DNA of 64,000 bases from positions 32,001 to 96,000 of IMG/VR virus record IMGVR_UViG_3300032213_001813; one strand, given 5' to 3'. Numbering within the stretch: the first letter of the stretch is position 1; every line of letters starts with the position of its first letter. The DNA is from a virus. This document shows, piece by piece, positions 1 to 8,483 of the stretch. The notes under the pieces were generated by a model. It saw nothing but the letters and a program-made list of their open reading frames with translations, was not told where the DNA came from and did no database searches. A program made the position numbers and the translations under genes.

Positions 1-1
1 C

Positions 2-88
2 GGAGTATATATGGATGGTTCTAAAGTTTCATCTAATTTAAAAAATCAAAGTGATAAAACAAGCAGAAATAACGGTTCATTAGCTTAA
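2..88 (+). CDS. 3' end of an upstream ORF, possibly the tape measure protein C-terminus
   Basis: Open frame GVYMDGSKVSSNLKNQSDKTSRNNGSLA* ending at TAA 86-88. A V-x-x-DG-x-x-V motif is common at tape-measure C-termini, and the ORF lies just upstream of baseplate-type genes. Confidence 0.35.
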   Translation, partial: GVYMDGSKVSSNLKNQSDKTSRNNGSLA

Positions 89-99
89 AAATATTAATT

Positions 100-2016
100 A
101 TGCCAACATTATTAGAATTATTTTCGAATAAAAACTTTTTAGGTATGAATTCAAAAATGGATACATATGAAAAAGAAGTTGATGCTCAAATAAAAAAGTT
201 TAAAGATGATAATGTAGCATCCGATGGTACAAATATACCAGGTCCTATTCGATATTACAACACTGTTCAAATAAAAGGTGGTAAAACTGCGGCATTTATA
301 TATGATATTAAAAATAGACCTTTATCTAAAATAGATACATCAAATATATTTTTAAAATATACATCTTTTCCAATAGTTAATAAATTAAGAACAAATCCAA
401 CTTTAGCATCAAAAGACAGCCAAACGGTAGTAGAATCCGAAGTAACGGGATTGAGACCATTACAATTATTTTCAGAACCTGTATTATATGGTACGCAAAT
501 ACTTACTATAAATAAACAGCAAAGTAATTCTGTAAGAAAAATGAATCTTGGTACAATGTCGTTTGAAGAAGCCCAAGAAGCAAAAATATTAAACCCCAAA
601 AAATATACACCAAGTAATCTTTGGTTATTAAACGATTTTAGAACTGGAAAAATTGAAGAGTATCCTAAATTATTTTCTAAATTAAATGGCACTCCTAATT
701 TATTACTAAATTTACTAACAAAACCTGTTAGTACTGTAAAAAGTTTAGTAAGAGAAGCAATTTTACCAAAGCAAAAAGCAAGTTCACCTATACCATCTCG
801 TATTCCTGAAAATTTACCGGATGATGCATATAGTAAAAAAGTAGATAAAACAAATGCAGATGAATATAAACGTAATGACTTAGGTTCAAAATTGGTTACA
901 TTGGAAGTATTGCAAAATTTTACTCTTGGACCGGATGGATTTGTAACCGCATCACCTAAAAAGAAAGAAAAAATAAAATATTCGGATTCTAGAAACGCAA
1001 TAATAAAAAATTTACAAATTGAAGATAAAAGAGGAATTAAAGATGGAAGTGATATAATTAACTCAAAAGGTGTATATACGCCATCTGAATTTGTAAATAA
1101 TACATTAGAATTAAAAGATAAAACAATTTTAGATGATTATGATTTTATTACATTAAAATTCTTTTCCGTTCAAACAAGAAAAGCAGCTAATTTTAGAGCA
1201 ACTATAAATGGATTAAGTGAAACATTTACACCAACTTGGGAAAGTAGTAAATTTGTTGGAAATCCATTTAATTTTTATACATATAGTGGTGTTGAACGTA
1301 GCGTTACATTTAATTTTATTGTTTATTCACTAAATGATTCAGAGCATATAGCAGCTTGGCAACGATTATCATTTTTATCATCTTTGGCATATTCACAAGG
1401 ATTTATAAACAATTATTCAATTCCACCTTTTATTAAATTTACGTTAGGTGATATGTACAAAAATAAACCGGCATTTATAGAATCATTAACTTATACTGTT
1501 CCTGATGATTCTACTTGGGAAATTGGTTTAGGGCAGGAAAGCAATCGTTACGCTAATGGTACAGTATATGGGCAAACTATTGAAAATAAAAATACAAAAG
1601 ATGCAAAATTGCCAAAAGTAATAGAAGTTGCAATTACACTTAAATTAGTTGAATCTCAAGATAGTGTATATGAAGTAACAACTGTTAAGGATAGTAATGG
1701 TGCAGAATTTACCGAAGCAAAAGAAAACAAAAATTTATACGGATATAAAAGTACATTAATTCCACCCAAGCCAACAATACAAGCAAATGGAGCTGATAAA
1801 AATGTAGATACATCCAAAAATACCGATAATACTAGCAAAGCAGGTGCTCTTGGTTCATCTACAACTGATAACACAAATGGAGCTAAATTTAAACCAAAAG
1901 AAGATTCGGTACTCAAAGATTCTGTAACTGGTGAACCTTCGGATGTTCCTGCTACAAAATCTATAAAAAATGATTCGGAATTTGATACTGGTACTGCAGC
2001 TGAAAGAACACCATAA
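100..2016 (+). CDS. Tail tube initiator / baseplate-associated structural protein
   Basis: 638 aa. The central segment FRATINGLSETFTPTW...YTYSGVERSVTFNF...PPFIKFTLGDMY...IESLTYT resembles tube-fold (gp48/gp54, CIS-tube-like) proteins. Lies directly before a LysM gene. Confidence 0.5.
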   Translation: MPTLLELFSNKNFLGMNSKMDTYEKEVDAQIKKFKDDNVASDGTNIPGPIRYYNTVQIKGGKTAAFIYDIKNRPLSKIDTSNIFLKYTSFPIVNKLRTNPTLASKDSQTVVESEVTGLRPLQLFSEPVLYGTQILTINKQQSNSVRKMNLGTMSFEEAQEAKILNPKKYTPSNLWLLNDFRTGKIEEYPKLFSKLNGTPNLLLNLLTKPVSTVKSLVREAILPKQKASSPIPSRIPENLPDDAYSKKVDKTNADEYKRNDLGSKLVTLEVLQNFTLGPDGFVTASPKKKEKIKYSDSRNAIIKNLQIEDKRGIKDGSDIINSKGVYTPSEFVNNTLELKDKTILDDYDFITLKFFSVQTRKAANFRATINGLSETFTPTWESSKFVGNPFNFYTYSGVERSVTFNFIVYSLNDSEHIAAWQRLSFLSSLAYSQGFINNYSIPPFIKFTLGDMYKNKPAFIESLTYTVPDDSTWEIGLGQESNRYANGTVYGQTIENKNTKDAKLPKVIEVAITLKLVESQDSVYEVTTVKDSNGAEFTEAKENKNLYGYKSTLIPPKPTIQANGADKNVDTSKNTDNTSKAGALGSSTTDNTNGAKFKPKEDSVLKDSVTGEPSDVPATKSIKNDSEFDTGTAAERTP

Positions 2017-2045
2017 AAATATACTAAACTCTAACATTAAAAAAA

Positions 2046-2318
2046 ATGAGTAGATACCAAAATAATGAAATAAAAAAAACAAATGATGGTAGGAGTGTGT
2101 ATAGAACAACAATATACCCAAATATTCCACTATCTGATGCTGATATTTATATAGCAACTGAAACTGGTGATAGACTTGATACATTAGCTTATCAATTTTA
2201 TAATGATGCTTCTTTGTGGTGGGTAATTGCATCTGCTAATAATATACATAATGCAGTATTTGGTTTACCTGATGGAACTGTACTTAGAATACCAAAAAAT
2301 TTTAATCCAAACATATAG
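2046..2318 (+). CDS. LysM / tail-X-type baseplate protein
   Basis: 90 aa; ETGDRLDTLAYQFYNDASLWWVIASANNI...GTVLRIP is the LysM/P2 gpX pattern. Confidence 0.8.
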   Translation: MSRYQNNEIKKTNDGRSVYRTTIYPNIPLSDADIYIATETGDRLDTLAYQFYNDASLWWVIASANNIHNAVFGLPDGTVLRIPKNFNPNI

Positions 2319-2320
2319 TT

Positions 2321-5047
2321 ATGTATCCTCAATTATCCGATATTGAACCAAAAATTGCTCAAAAAATTAGAAAACGAGCAACGGATTTAAATTCATTTCC
2401 AAATACAAACGATTCTAGCAATCCATCCAATTTACAAGTATGGATAAGACTTGTGTCTGGTGCTGTAATAAAGGATGGTGATGAGGGATTGATATTAGAA
2501 TCAATACCTAATAAACAATCTGTGTTTTTTGAAACGGCTGGGCAAATGAGTAAATATGGTGGTAGTAGTTTTGATAAAAATTCACCTAGAAGTGGAACTA
2601 TTGGTAAAAATTTAAATAATGCTCTTGTAGGTACATCAACCATAGGAAGTGATACGAATACAGAAAGAAATTTAAGACCATCTCCTGTAATAACTGCATT
2701 AACTATAAAAGAAGGTAAGGACCAAATATCAAGAGAATGTACACTTAATATAACTTGTTTTACATTAGCACAGTTGGAAAAATTACAAACGTATTGTATG
2801 GAACCTGGTTATAGTTTGTACATTGAATATGGTTGGAATACCGACTCTGCATATTTTCAATCAATTCAAAATGATTCAACCGTAACGGATTCCGATAGTA
2901 CAATAAACGCAGCTTGTAAGCGTGGTTTAAATTACGAACATCTACATAAAATAAGATTGGAATCTGGTGGTGAATTTGATTGTTTTTTAGGATTTATTGT
3001 TGGGGGTACTGTTGTTACGGAAAATGAAAACTTTAACATAACCATAAATTTAAGAGGAGCACCATCACTACCAACATTTTTACAAGGACATCATAAAATT
3101 CAAAAAAAATCACCAAACGCAGCAATCGAACAGCAAATAATTGAAGTTGCAAAAACTTTAACTTATGATAACGCAACTTTAACAACCGAAACACTAACAC
3201 CAGTTCAAAGAAGATTTCGTTATATGTTTAATTCATTACCACCTCAAAGACAAACATTAGAAGTTAGAAACTTAGAATCTAAAGTAAAATATACCGATTT
3301 TGTAAATTTTGACCCATTAATTTCTAAAAAAATAGTAGAATATACAGACGTTACTGCATTTGAAGCAGTTCAAGAATTTTTAAATTGGGGACAAGGTAAT
3401 AATATAAGATTAAAACCATCGGCTGGTGTTGATATTAGTATAAGTAAAGATAAACTATTTTCACACAACAGATACATACGATTTGGACTTGCGGTAGATA
3501 TATTAAATGCAAATAATAAAATAATGGCTTTGTTAATGGGTAATGAAAAAGCTCCATTTAGAATTAATATAAACAATAGCATAATAGGTGCATTTCCTTA
3601 TATATTTTCAACTAATCCTCAAAAATTAATTATAACGGGTGGTTTGCCTGATTTTAGTACTTATTTTTTAAATCCAAGTAAAGTTGTTCAAGGATATACT
3701 TCTACAAGCGGTGGTAAAACAACTATGAACGCTGAAACTTTATTAGTAGATTCGGTACAATATCCACCTACATTAAACGCAGCTGGACCAGCTGGTAGTG
3801 ATGAAGCTATTATTTTTGTAGAATCAAACGAATTAAATGGTAATACACCAGGAAATATTAATACTAGTGGTAAGACACGATATAATGAAGATGCTAAATA
3901 TTGGGGTTATTTAAAAAATTTATATGTAAACTTTGATATGTTTATTGAAAAAATGACACAACCAAATAAACTTGTGGGTGAAGTTTTATTAGATATATTA
4001 AAATCAATGTCTACTGCTGTAAACGGATTTTGGAATTTTCAATTAGTTGAAGATAAAGATAAAGATGGAAATGTAATAATAACCGTAATTGATGAGCATT
4101 TTATAGGAAAGCCAGCAGATAAAAAAAGAGAAGAATTTGCAAATAATGGAATAACTTCACCATTTTTAGAAAATAATTTAGATATATCAATCCCAGCGGA
4201 TATGGCTAATAAAATTATTATGAATAGATTATCTTTTCTTGTAAATCCTGAAGGTTCATCGTTATCAGGAAGACCTAGTAGTTTTTTTAATTCAAAAACT
4301 GATTTATTTTTGAAAAAAGTTCAAAATGTAAATACTAAAGAAATTGAAGATAGTGAATCCAAACCAGCGGAAGAAGATGAAGATAAAAATGCTAAATTGG
4401 AAAGAACAAGAGCAGAATTTAAAGAAGCTGTAAAACAATATAACGATTTTATTGCTAAATATGGTGCTGGTAACTTTAGAGAACCAGAATATAGAGCTGT
4501 ATTGGATGAAGCTAGAAATGCATATAAAGCAGCTGGTGGAAAGACTGAAGGTACTGATATTTTTGGTATATCAAAAGGTGAAGGTGGTGCTGATAAGGAA
4601 CTTCAAGCAGAAATAGCAGCAGAGTATAAAAGTACATTTGATACAAATATGACTAAAATAGATGTACTACCAAAATGTAGTCTATTTAATATAAAAAGTG
4701 TTGAAGATTCATATGTTACTAACATAGATAAATTTAAAGAAGTGTTTCAAGTATTTGTATTAAAAGACCAAGCTTATTTTGATGTACTTAAACAAAATGC
4801 ATTTGCAGTAAGAGTTAAAAACAATTCAAATGGAGAAAAGCAGGGGTTGGGTGTACCAATGCCAATAAAATATAGTTTTAAAACAATAGGTGTTAGTGGA
4901 CTTAGAAGAGGAGATATGTTTAATATAATTGGTATTCCAAGTAAATACAAAAATAATGGTTTATTTCAAATAACTGAAATAGAGCAAACAATTTCTGATA
5001 TGAAATGGGAAACTAATGTAATTGGTGAATATAGAGCTTACGTTTAA
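2321..5047 (+). CDS. Baseplate hub-like large structural protein
   Basis: 908 aa, following the LysM gene as hub genes do in contractile-tail modules. C-terminal GLRRGDMFNIIGIP...GLFQITEIEQTI...WETNV resembles the last beta-barrel of gp27/gp44-type hubs. Confidence 0.5.
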   Translation: MYPQLSDIEPKIAQKIRKRATDLNSFPNTNDSSNPSNLQVWIRLVSGAVIKDGDEGLILESIPNKQSVFFETAGQMSKYGGSSFDKNSPRSGTIGKNLNNALVGTSTIGSDTNTERNLRPSPVITALTIKEGKDQISRECTLNITCFTLAQLEKLQTYCMEPGYSLYIEYGWNTDSAYFQSIQNDSTVTDSDSTINAACKRGLNYEHLHKIRLESGGEFDCFLGFIVGGTVVTENENFNITINLRGAPSLPTFLQGHHKIQKKSPNAAIEQQIIEVAKTLTYDNATLTTETLTPVQRRFRYMFNSLPPQRQTLEVRNLESKVKYTDFVNFDPLISKKIVEYTDVTAFEAVQEFLNWGQGNNIRLKPSAGVDISISKDKLFSHNRYIRFGLAVDILNANNKIMALLMGNEKAPFRININNSIIGAFPYIFSTNPQKLIITGGLPDFSTYFLNPSKVVQGYTSTSGGKTTMNAETLLVDSVQYPPTLNAAGPAGSDEAIIFVESNELNGNTPGNINTSGKTRYNEDAKYWGYLKNLYVNFDMFIEKMTQPNKLVGEVLLDILKSMSTAVNGFWNFQLVEDKDKDGNVIITVIDEHFIGKPADKKREEFANNGITSPFLENNLDISIPADMANKIIMNRLSFLVNPEGSSLSGRPSSFFNSKTDLFLKKVQNVNTKEIEDSESKPAEEDEDKNAKLERTRAEFKEAVKQYNDFIAKYGAGNFREPEYRAVLDEARNAYKAAGGKTEGTDIFGISKGEGGADKELQAEIAAEYKSTFDTNMTKIDVLPKCSLFNIKSVEDSYVTNIDKFKEVFQVFVLKDQAYFDVLKQNAFAVRVKNNSNGEKQGLGVPMPIKYSFKTIGVSGLRRGDMFNIIGIPSKYKNNGLFQITEIEQTISDMKWETNVIGEYRAYV

Positions 5048-5049
5048 TT

Positions 5050-5421
5050 ATGGCAATTGATATACTTACATTTGGGAGATTGTTTAAGGAAGATACTTCA
5101 ATTTATAAAAGAAGTGTAAAAACTTATTTTCCAAACCCAGAAATAAATTCATATAACAAAGGATATATTATTAGATATTTTTTACAAAAATCAAATGATT
5201 CCGATTCATATGTATATGAAGTAGAACAAACTTTATTTGATGAATTCTCAAACAATCCATTTTATAAGTGTGTTACGTTAACATGGAGATTAACGGGTAG
5301 TGTAGATGAAGTTATAGAATCTAATAGAATTTCATTACAAATTGCATGTGAACAATTACCTGCTCTAAAATTATACCTACCAAATTTTTTACAATTTCAC
5401 AAAGAATATTTGGAAAAGTAA
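5050..5421 (+). CDS. Hypothetical protein (tail module)
   Basis: 123-aa ORF tightly coupled to the previous gene; no motif recognised. Confidence 0.6.
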   Translation: MAIDILTFGRLFKEDTSIYKRSVKTYFPNPEINSYNKGYIIRYFLQKSNDSDSYVYEVEQTLFDEFSNNPFYKCVTLTWRLTGSVDEVIESNRISLQIACEQLPALKLYLPNFLQFHKEYLEK

Positions 5422-5440
5422 AAAATTTATTGTATATTTG
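5409..5440 (+). promoter_or_regulatory. Bacteroidota sigma70-type promoter for tmRNA
   Basis: TTTG (5409-5412), 20-nt spacer, TATATTTG (5433-5440): matches the -33/-7 consensus TTTG/TAnnTTTG. Confidence 0.8.
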
Positions 5441-5459
5441 TAAAAGTTCTTTAAAATAT

Positions 5460-5839
5460 GGGGATGACCGGCTTTTGACAGGTATGAAGACTGGTTGTAT
5501 TGATGCAAGTAAGGTTAGATGGAAACCTTTGAAGACCTATCAAACAATAAGTGCAGACGTAGAATTATCTACAATGACTTTCGGAGATGCTATGGCATGG
5601 ATGGAGTCTTTCGATTACGCAGTAGCTGCCTAATCAATCCCGTATCACTCATGGGATTTAAAAAGAAGTGAATGTTTAAGTTTACCGAAACTTTAAATCG
5701 GTTGGTGGAATCTGCTGAATTAACCATTCGGCCCCAATTCTTTTGGAGTGTTAGTAAGATAAAACACTATCCTAAACTTGTGAACGATTTACATTAGAAA
5801 CTTATCTGGACGCGGGTTCGAATCCCGCCATCTCCACCA
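5460..5839 (+). ncRNA. ssrA: tmRNA (transfer-messenger RNA), one-piece, 380 nt
   Basis: 5' GGGGATG pairs with 3' CATCTCC plus ACCA (encoded CCA, 5837-5839), with the G3-U70 alanine wobble. T-arm GCGGG-TTCGAAT-CCCGC at 5812-5828. pk1 (AAGGTT/AACCTT crossed by GATGG/CTATC), ATAAGT before the resume codon, and a tag ending YAVAA*. Confidence 0.97.
5553..5633 (+). other. tmRNA tag reading frame (A)ADVELSTMTFGDAMAWMESFDYAVAA*
   Basis: Resume codon GCA at 5553 after ATAAGT; 26 codons to TAA at 5631-5633; C-terminal YAVAA matches the ssrA degron pattern. Confidence 0.9.
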
Positions 5840-5840
5840 C

Positions 5841-5876
5841 TCCCACTTTTCCATTTGGATTTGTGGGATTTTTTTT
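5841..5876 (+). terminator. Probable intrinsic terminator after tmRNA
   Basis: TCCCAC...GTGGGA stem with inner TCCA/TGGA pairing, followed by T8; overlaps the next promoter. Confidence 0.6.
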
Positions 5877-5885
5877 GTATCTTTG
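5854..5885 (+). promoter_or_regulatory. Bacteroidota-type promoter for the PolA-like gene
   Basis: TTTG 5854-5857, N20, TATCTTTG 5878-5885; ATG at 5890. Confidence 0.8.
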
Positions 5886-5889
5886 TAAA

Positions 5890-7176
5890 ATGAAAGTTAT
5901 AGAATCCGTAGAGGAAGTAAATTGGTTGAAAGCTAGGCTGGAAACCGAAATATCTATATGGTATCCACTATGGGTTGATAACTCAAAGCATCCTCTTCAC
6001 ACTAATCTTTCCCTTATACTGATACGATGTTTAGATGAGTTGTATGTTTTACCAATTCAACACGCAGATGCGCTTACAATCAAAGTATCGGATGTTAAAT
6101 CAATACTAAATACCAAGGGGAAGAAGTGGGTATTTCAAAAGAAGAAAATATTGCACTCTCTCCACATTTCGGTAAATCTATATGATGTAGATTCGGAATA
6201 CTTTATAAGGACAGGTGAGGTAATCGACTATGACGGGGCTTTAAATCCTCTCTTATCAACGCTAACTCATAAAGGGTATAGAGATAACTTAATACAATCA
6301 ATTCCTCTAATGAAGATTGTGGAAGTAATAGAACCACAATTCCTAAAATATCATTCCAATAATTCAGATTCTAATACATATCAATGGTACAATGAAACAT
6401 TCATACCTACACTTTCAGAAATGGAGGGATATGGGATTCGGGTCGATAGGAAAAAATTTACTGATAGATGGAATCAAGCTATTAGACATTTGACAGATGA
6501 TAGTAAAGTGTTTACGGAATACAATCCATTTACGGTAACAGGTAGACCATCAAATCGACATGGTGGTGTAAACTATGCCGCTCTCAATAAATCGGATGGT
6601 AGTAGGGAGTGTTTCGTTTCCGATGGGATATTCCTACAAATGGATTATAACGCATACCACCCACGACTAATTGGTAAGTTGATTAAGTTTGATATGCCGG
6701 ATGGGAATGTACATGAGTGGTTAGCCAAACAATATGGTTGTGATGTGAATGAGGGTAAGGGTATTACATTCCAATTATTATATGGGGGAATTGATGATAC
6801 GTTCCGTCAAATCCCATATCTAAACGCAGTGGCTGATTACATAGATGGATTATGGATTGAAACACAACAAAACGGATACCTACAAACCAAATATCGTAGA
6901 ATACCCCTAAGTTGGATAGAGGGTTCAAATCCACAAAAAGTATTTAACTATCTCCTACAAGCCTTAGAAACTGAAATGAACATTGATAAGATGAGGAAGA
7001 TATTGGATTATATTAAGGGTAGTGAAATCCGTTTTATCTTATATACTTATGATTCGTTCCTTTTTGATGTTCCTATGGATGTGGATAAGAATAAGATTAA
7101 GGATTTGAAAGAAATGATTGAAGAGGGTGGGTTTCCAATCAAAGCAAGTTGGGGTTTGGATTATGGAAAAGTGTAG
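5890..7176 (+). CDS. polA: Short family A DNA polymerase (PolA-like)
   Basis: Motif A QMDYNAYHPR, motif B GKGITFQLLYGG, motif C YTYDSFLFD, plus TGRPS. Start moved from 5863 to 5890 because the promoter lies at 5854-5885. Confidence 0.85.
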   Translation: MKVIESVEEVNWLKARLETEISIWYPLWVDNSKHPLHTNLSLILIRCLDELYVLPIQHADALTIKVSDVKSILNTKGKKWVFQKKKILHSLHISVNLYDVDSEYFIRTGEVIDYDGALNPLLSTLTHKGYRDNLIQSIPLMKIVEVIEPQFLKYHSNNSDSNTYQWYNETFIPTLSEMEGYGIRVDRKKFTDRWNQAIRHLTDDSKVFTEYNPFTVTGRPSNRHGGVNYAALNKSDGSRECFVSDGIFLQMDYNAYHPRLIGKLIKFDMPDGNVHEWLAKQYGCDVNEGKGITFQLLYGGIDDTFRQIPYLNAVADYIDGLWIETQQNGYLQTKYRRIPLSWIEGSNPQKVFNYLLQALETEMNIDKMRKILDYIKGSEIRFILYTYDSFLFDVPMDVDKNKIKDLKEMIEEGGFPIKASWGLDYGKV

Positions 7177-7183
7177 AAAACCA

Positions 7184-7191
7184 TATTTATA
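7184..7191 (+). promoter_or_regulatory. Putative phage late-promoter motif TATTTATA
   Basis: Motif recurs in most longer intergenic gaps (7184, 12598, 14862, 19450, 36792, 40272, 41393, 61345, 63765). Confidence 0.5.
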
Positions 7192-7217
7192 GTATATACA
7201 AAACAATACTATAACAT

Positions 7218-7847
7218 ATGAAAAAATTAGGTTTATCTCTATTGTTCTTATTTACTTTAATTGTTGTAAGAGCACAAGACATTGTAGTAATAAAACATAC
7301 AAATTACACAACACACTTTAGTAAATCAAAAAGATACCCAGTATTAGTACAATGGGAAACAACAAAAGCAATGGTAGGTTGTCCAACTCCCCTAAAAAGA
7401 AAGGATAACTTTAAGCCAGACCCACAATTGGTAGATGAAACTAATATTGCATTTTATTATGTAAAGAGTGGGTACGATAGAGGACACGTAATGCCGGCAG
7501 CAGATAATCTTTGCCAAACACAAGCGGTGCAGGATGAATGTTTCTACTTTAGTAATATGGTAGCACAAACACATAGATTGAATGCCGGAGATTGGAAATC
7601 ATTAGAAACTGCAACAAGAGATTGGGCATTAATTGCTTCAAAAGTAAGAGTATGGAGTGGTTCGGTTGGAGAACAAAAGAAAATAGGATTAGTATCAGTT
7701 CCTACTCAATGTTGGAAAGTAGTTCAGGTGGCAGGAAAGTGGCATGCATATTTATTCAACAATGATTTATCTAACCCAGATGGATTTCAAAATAACGAAG
7801 TACCTTTAGCACAAATAGAAAAATTGACTGGTTTCAAATTTAAGTAA
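7218..7847 (+). CDS. Secreted DNA/RNA non-specific endonuclease (NucA/EndA family)
   Basis: Catalytic YDRGH motif, FYFSNMVAQ...LNAGDW, and an N-terminal signal peptide MKKLGLSLLFLFTLIVVRA. Confidence 0.9.
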   Translation: MKKLGLSLLFLFTLIVVRAQDIVVIKHTNYTTHFSKSKRYPVLVQWETTKAMVGCPTPLKRKDNFKPDPQLVDETNIAFYYVKSGYDRGHVMPAADNLCQTQAVQDECFYFSNMVAQTHRLNAGDWKSLETATRDWALIASKVRVWSGSVGEQKKIGLVSVPTQCWKVVQVAGKWHAYLFNNDLSNPDGFQNNEVPLAQIEKLTGFKFK

Positions 7848-7850
7848 AAT

Positions 7851-8483
7851 ATGGCATATTTAAACCACAACATACCAACTACAAGATGTTTGATTAGAAA
7901 TGAGTTTCTTTTCAATCATACAAAAGGAAAAGGTGAATATACAAATTGTGATGTTCATAGTGTAGCTAGTATGGAGGGAATGACACCCGTATTTGAGGCA
8001 TTTTTGGAGAATGGTGTGAATTGGACAAGAAGACCCATACATGCATTTTGTTGGAAAAAAGATGCACCGGTATATCCACTAACGGAACACATTTATTGGG
8101 ATTGTTTTTCTAATTATTGTGATGTACAAATCCGAAATCGATTGAGTGGGTTGAAAGCAGAATTAATAAGCCCTAGTGGTACAAAAAGAGAGGGTACATA
8201 TATGTTTACATTAGATTGGGGATTTGAAAATAAAGCAGGTATGTTAGATGTATCATTTTCAGAGACATTTGAACATAAATGTGCACACATATTTAAAATG
8301 GATGATGGAAACTTTTTTGCATATCCAAACAATAGAATTATTTGGAAAGATAAAGCTTGGACATTTAACCAAATAAAAGAAAACCCTGGTTATATTATAG
8401 ACCATAACCTATATTCGGTAGAGGGTGAGGGTAAATTTGAAACCGATGATTCATATTTTACAGAGTTTAAAAATAAAAAATAA
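7851..8483 (+). CDS. Hypothetical protein
   Basis: 210-aa well-formed ORF rich in W/H/C/D; function not recognised. Confidence 0.7.
   Translation: MAYLNHNIPTTRCLIRNEFLFNHTKGKGEYTNCDVHSVASMEGMTPVFEAFLENGVNWTRRPIHAFCWKKDAPVYPLTEHIYWDCFSNYCDVQIRNRLSGLKAELISPSGTKREGTYMFTLDWGFENKAGMLDVSFSETFEHKCAHIFKMDDGNFFAYPNNRIIWKDKAWTFNQIKENPGYIIDHNLYSVEGEGKFETDDSYFTEFKNKK

Noticed and set aside
5430-5633. 67-aa ORF in the track read as a protein-coding gene
   Set aside because: It overlaps the tmRNA promoter and 5' domain; only its last 26 codons are meaningful, as the tmRNA tag frame.
5800-5839. tRNA gene (TTCGAAT T-loop and CCA end)
   Set aside because: The matching 5' acceptor strand is about 370 nt upstream and there is no anticodon arm: this is the tmRNA tRNA-like domain.
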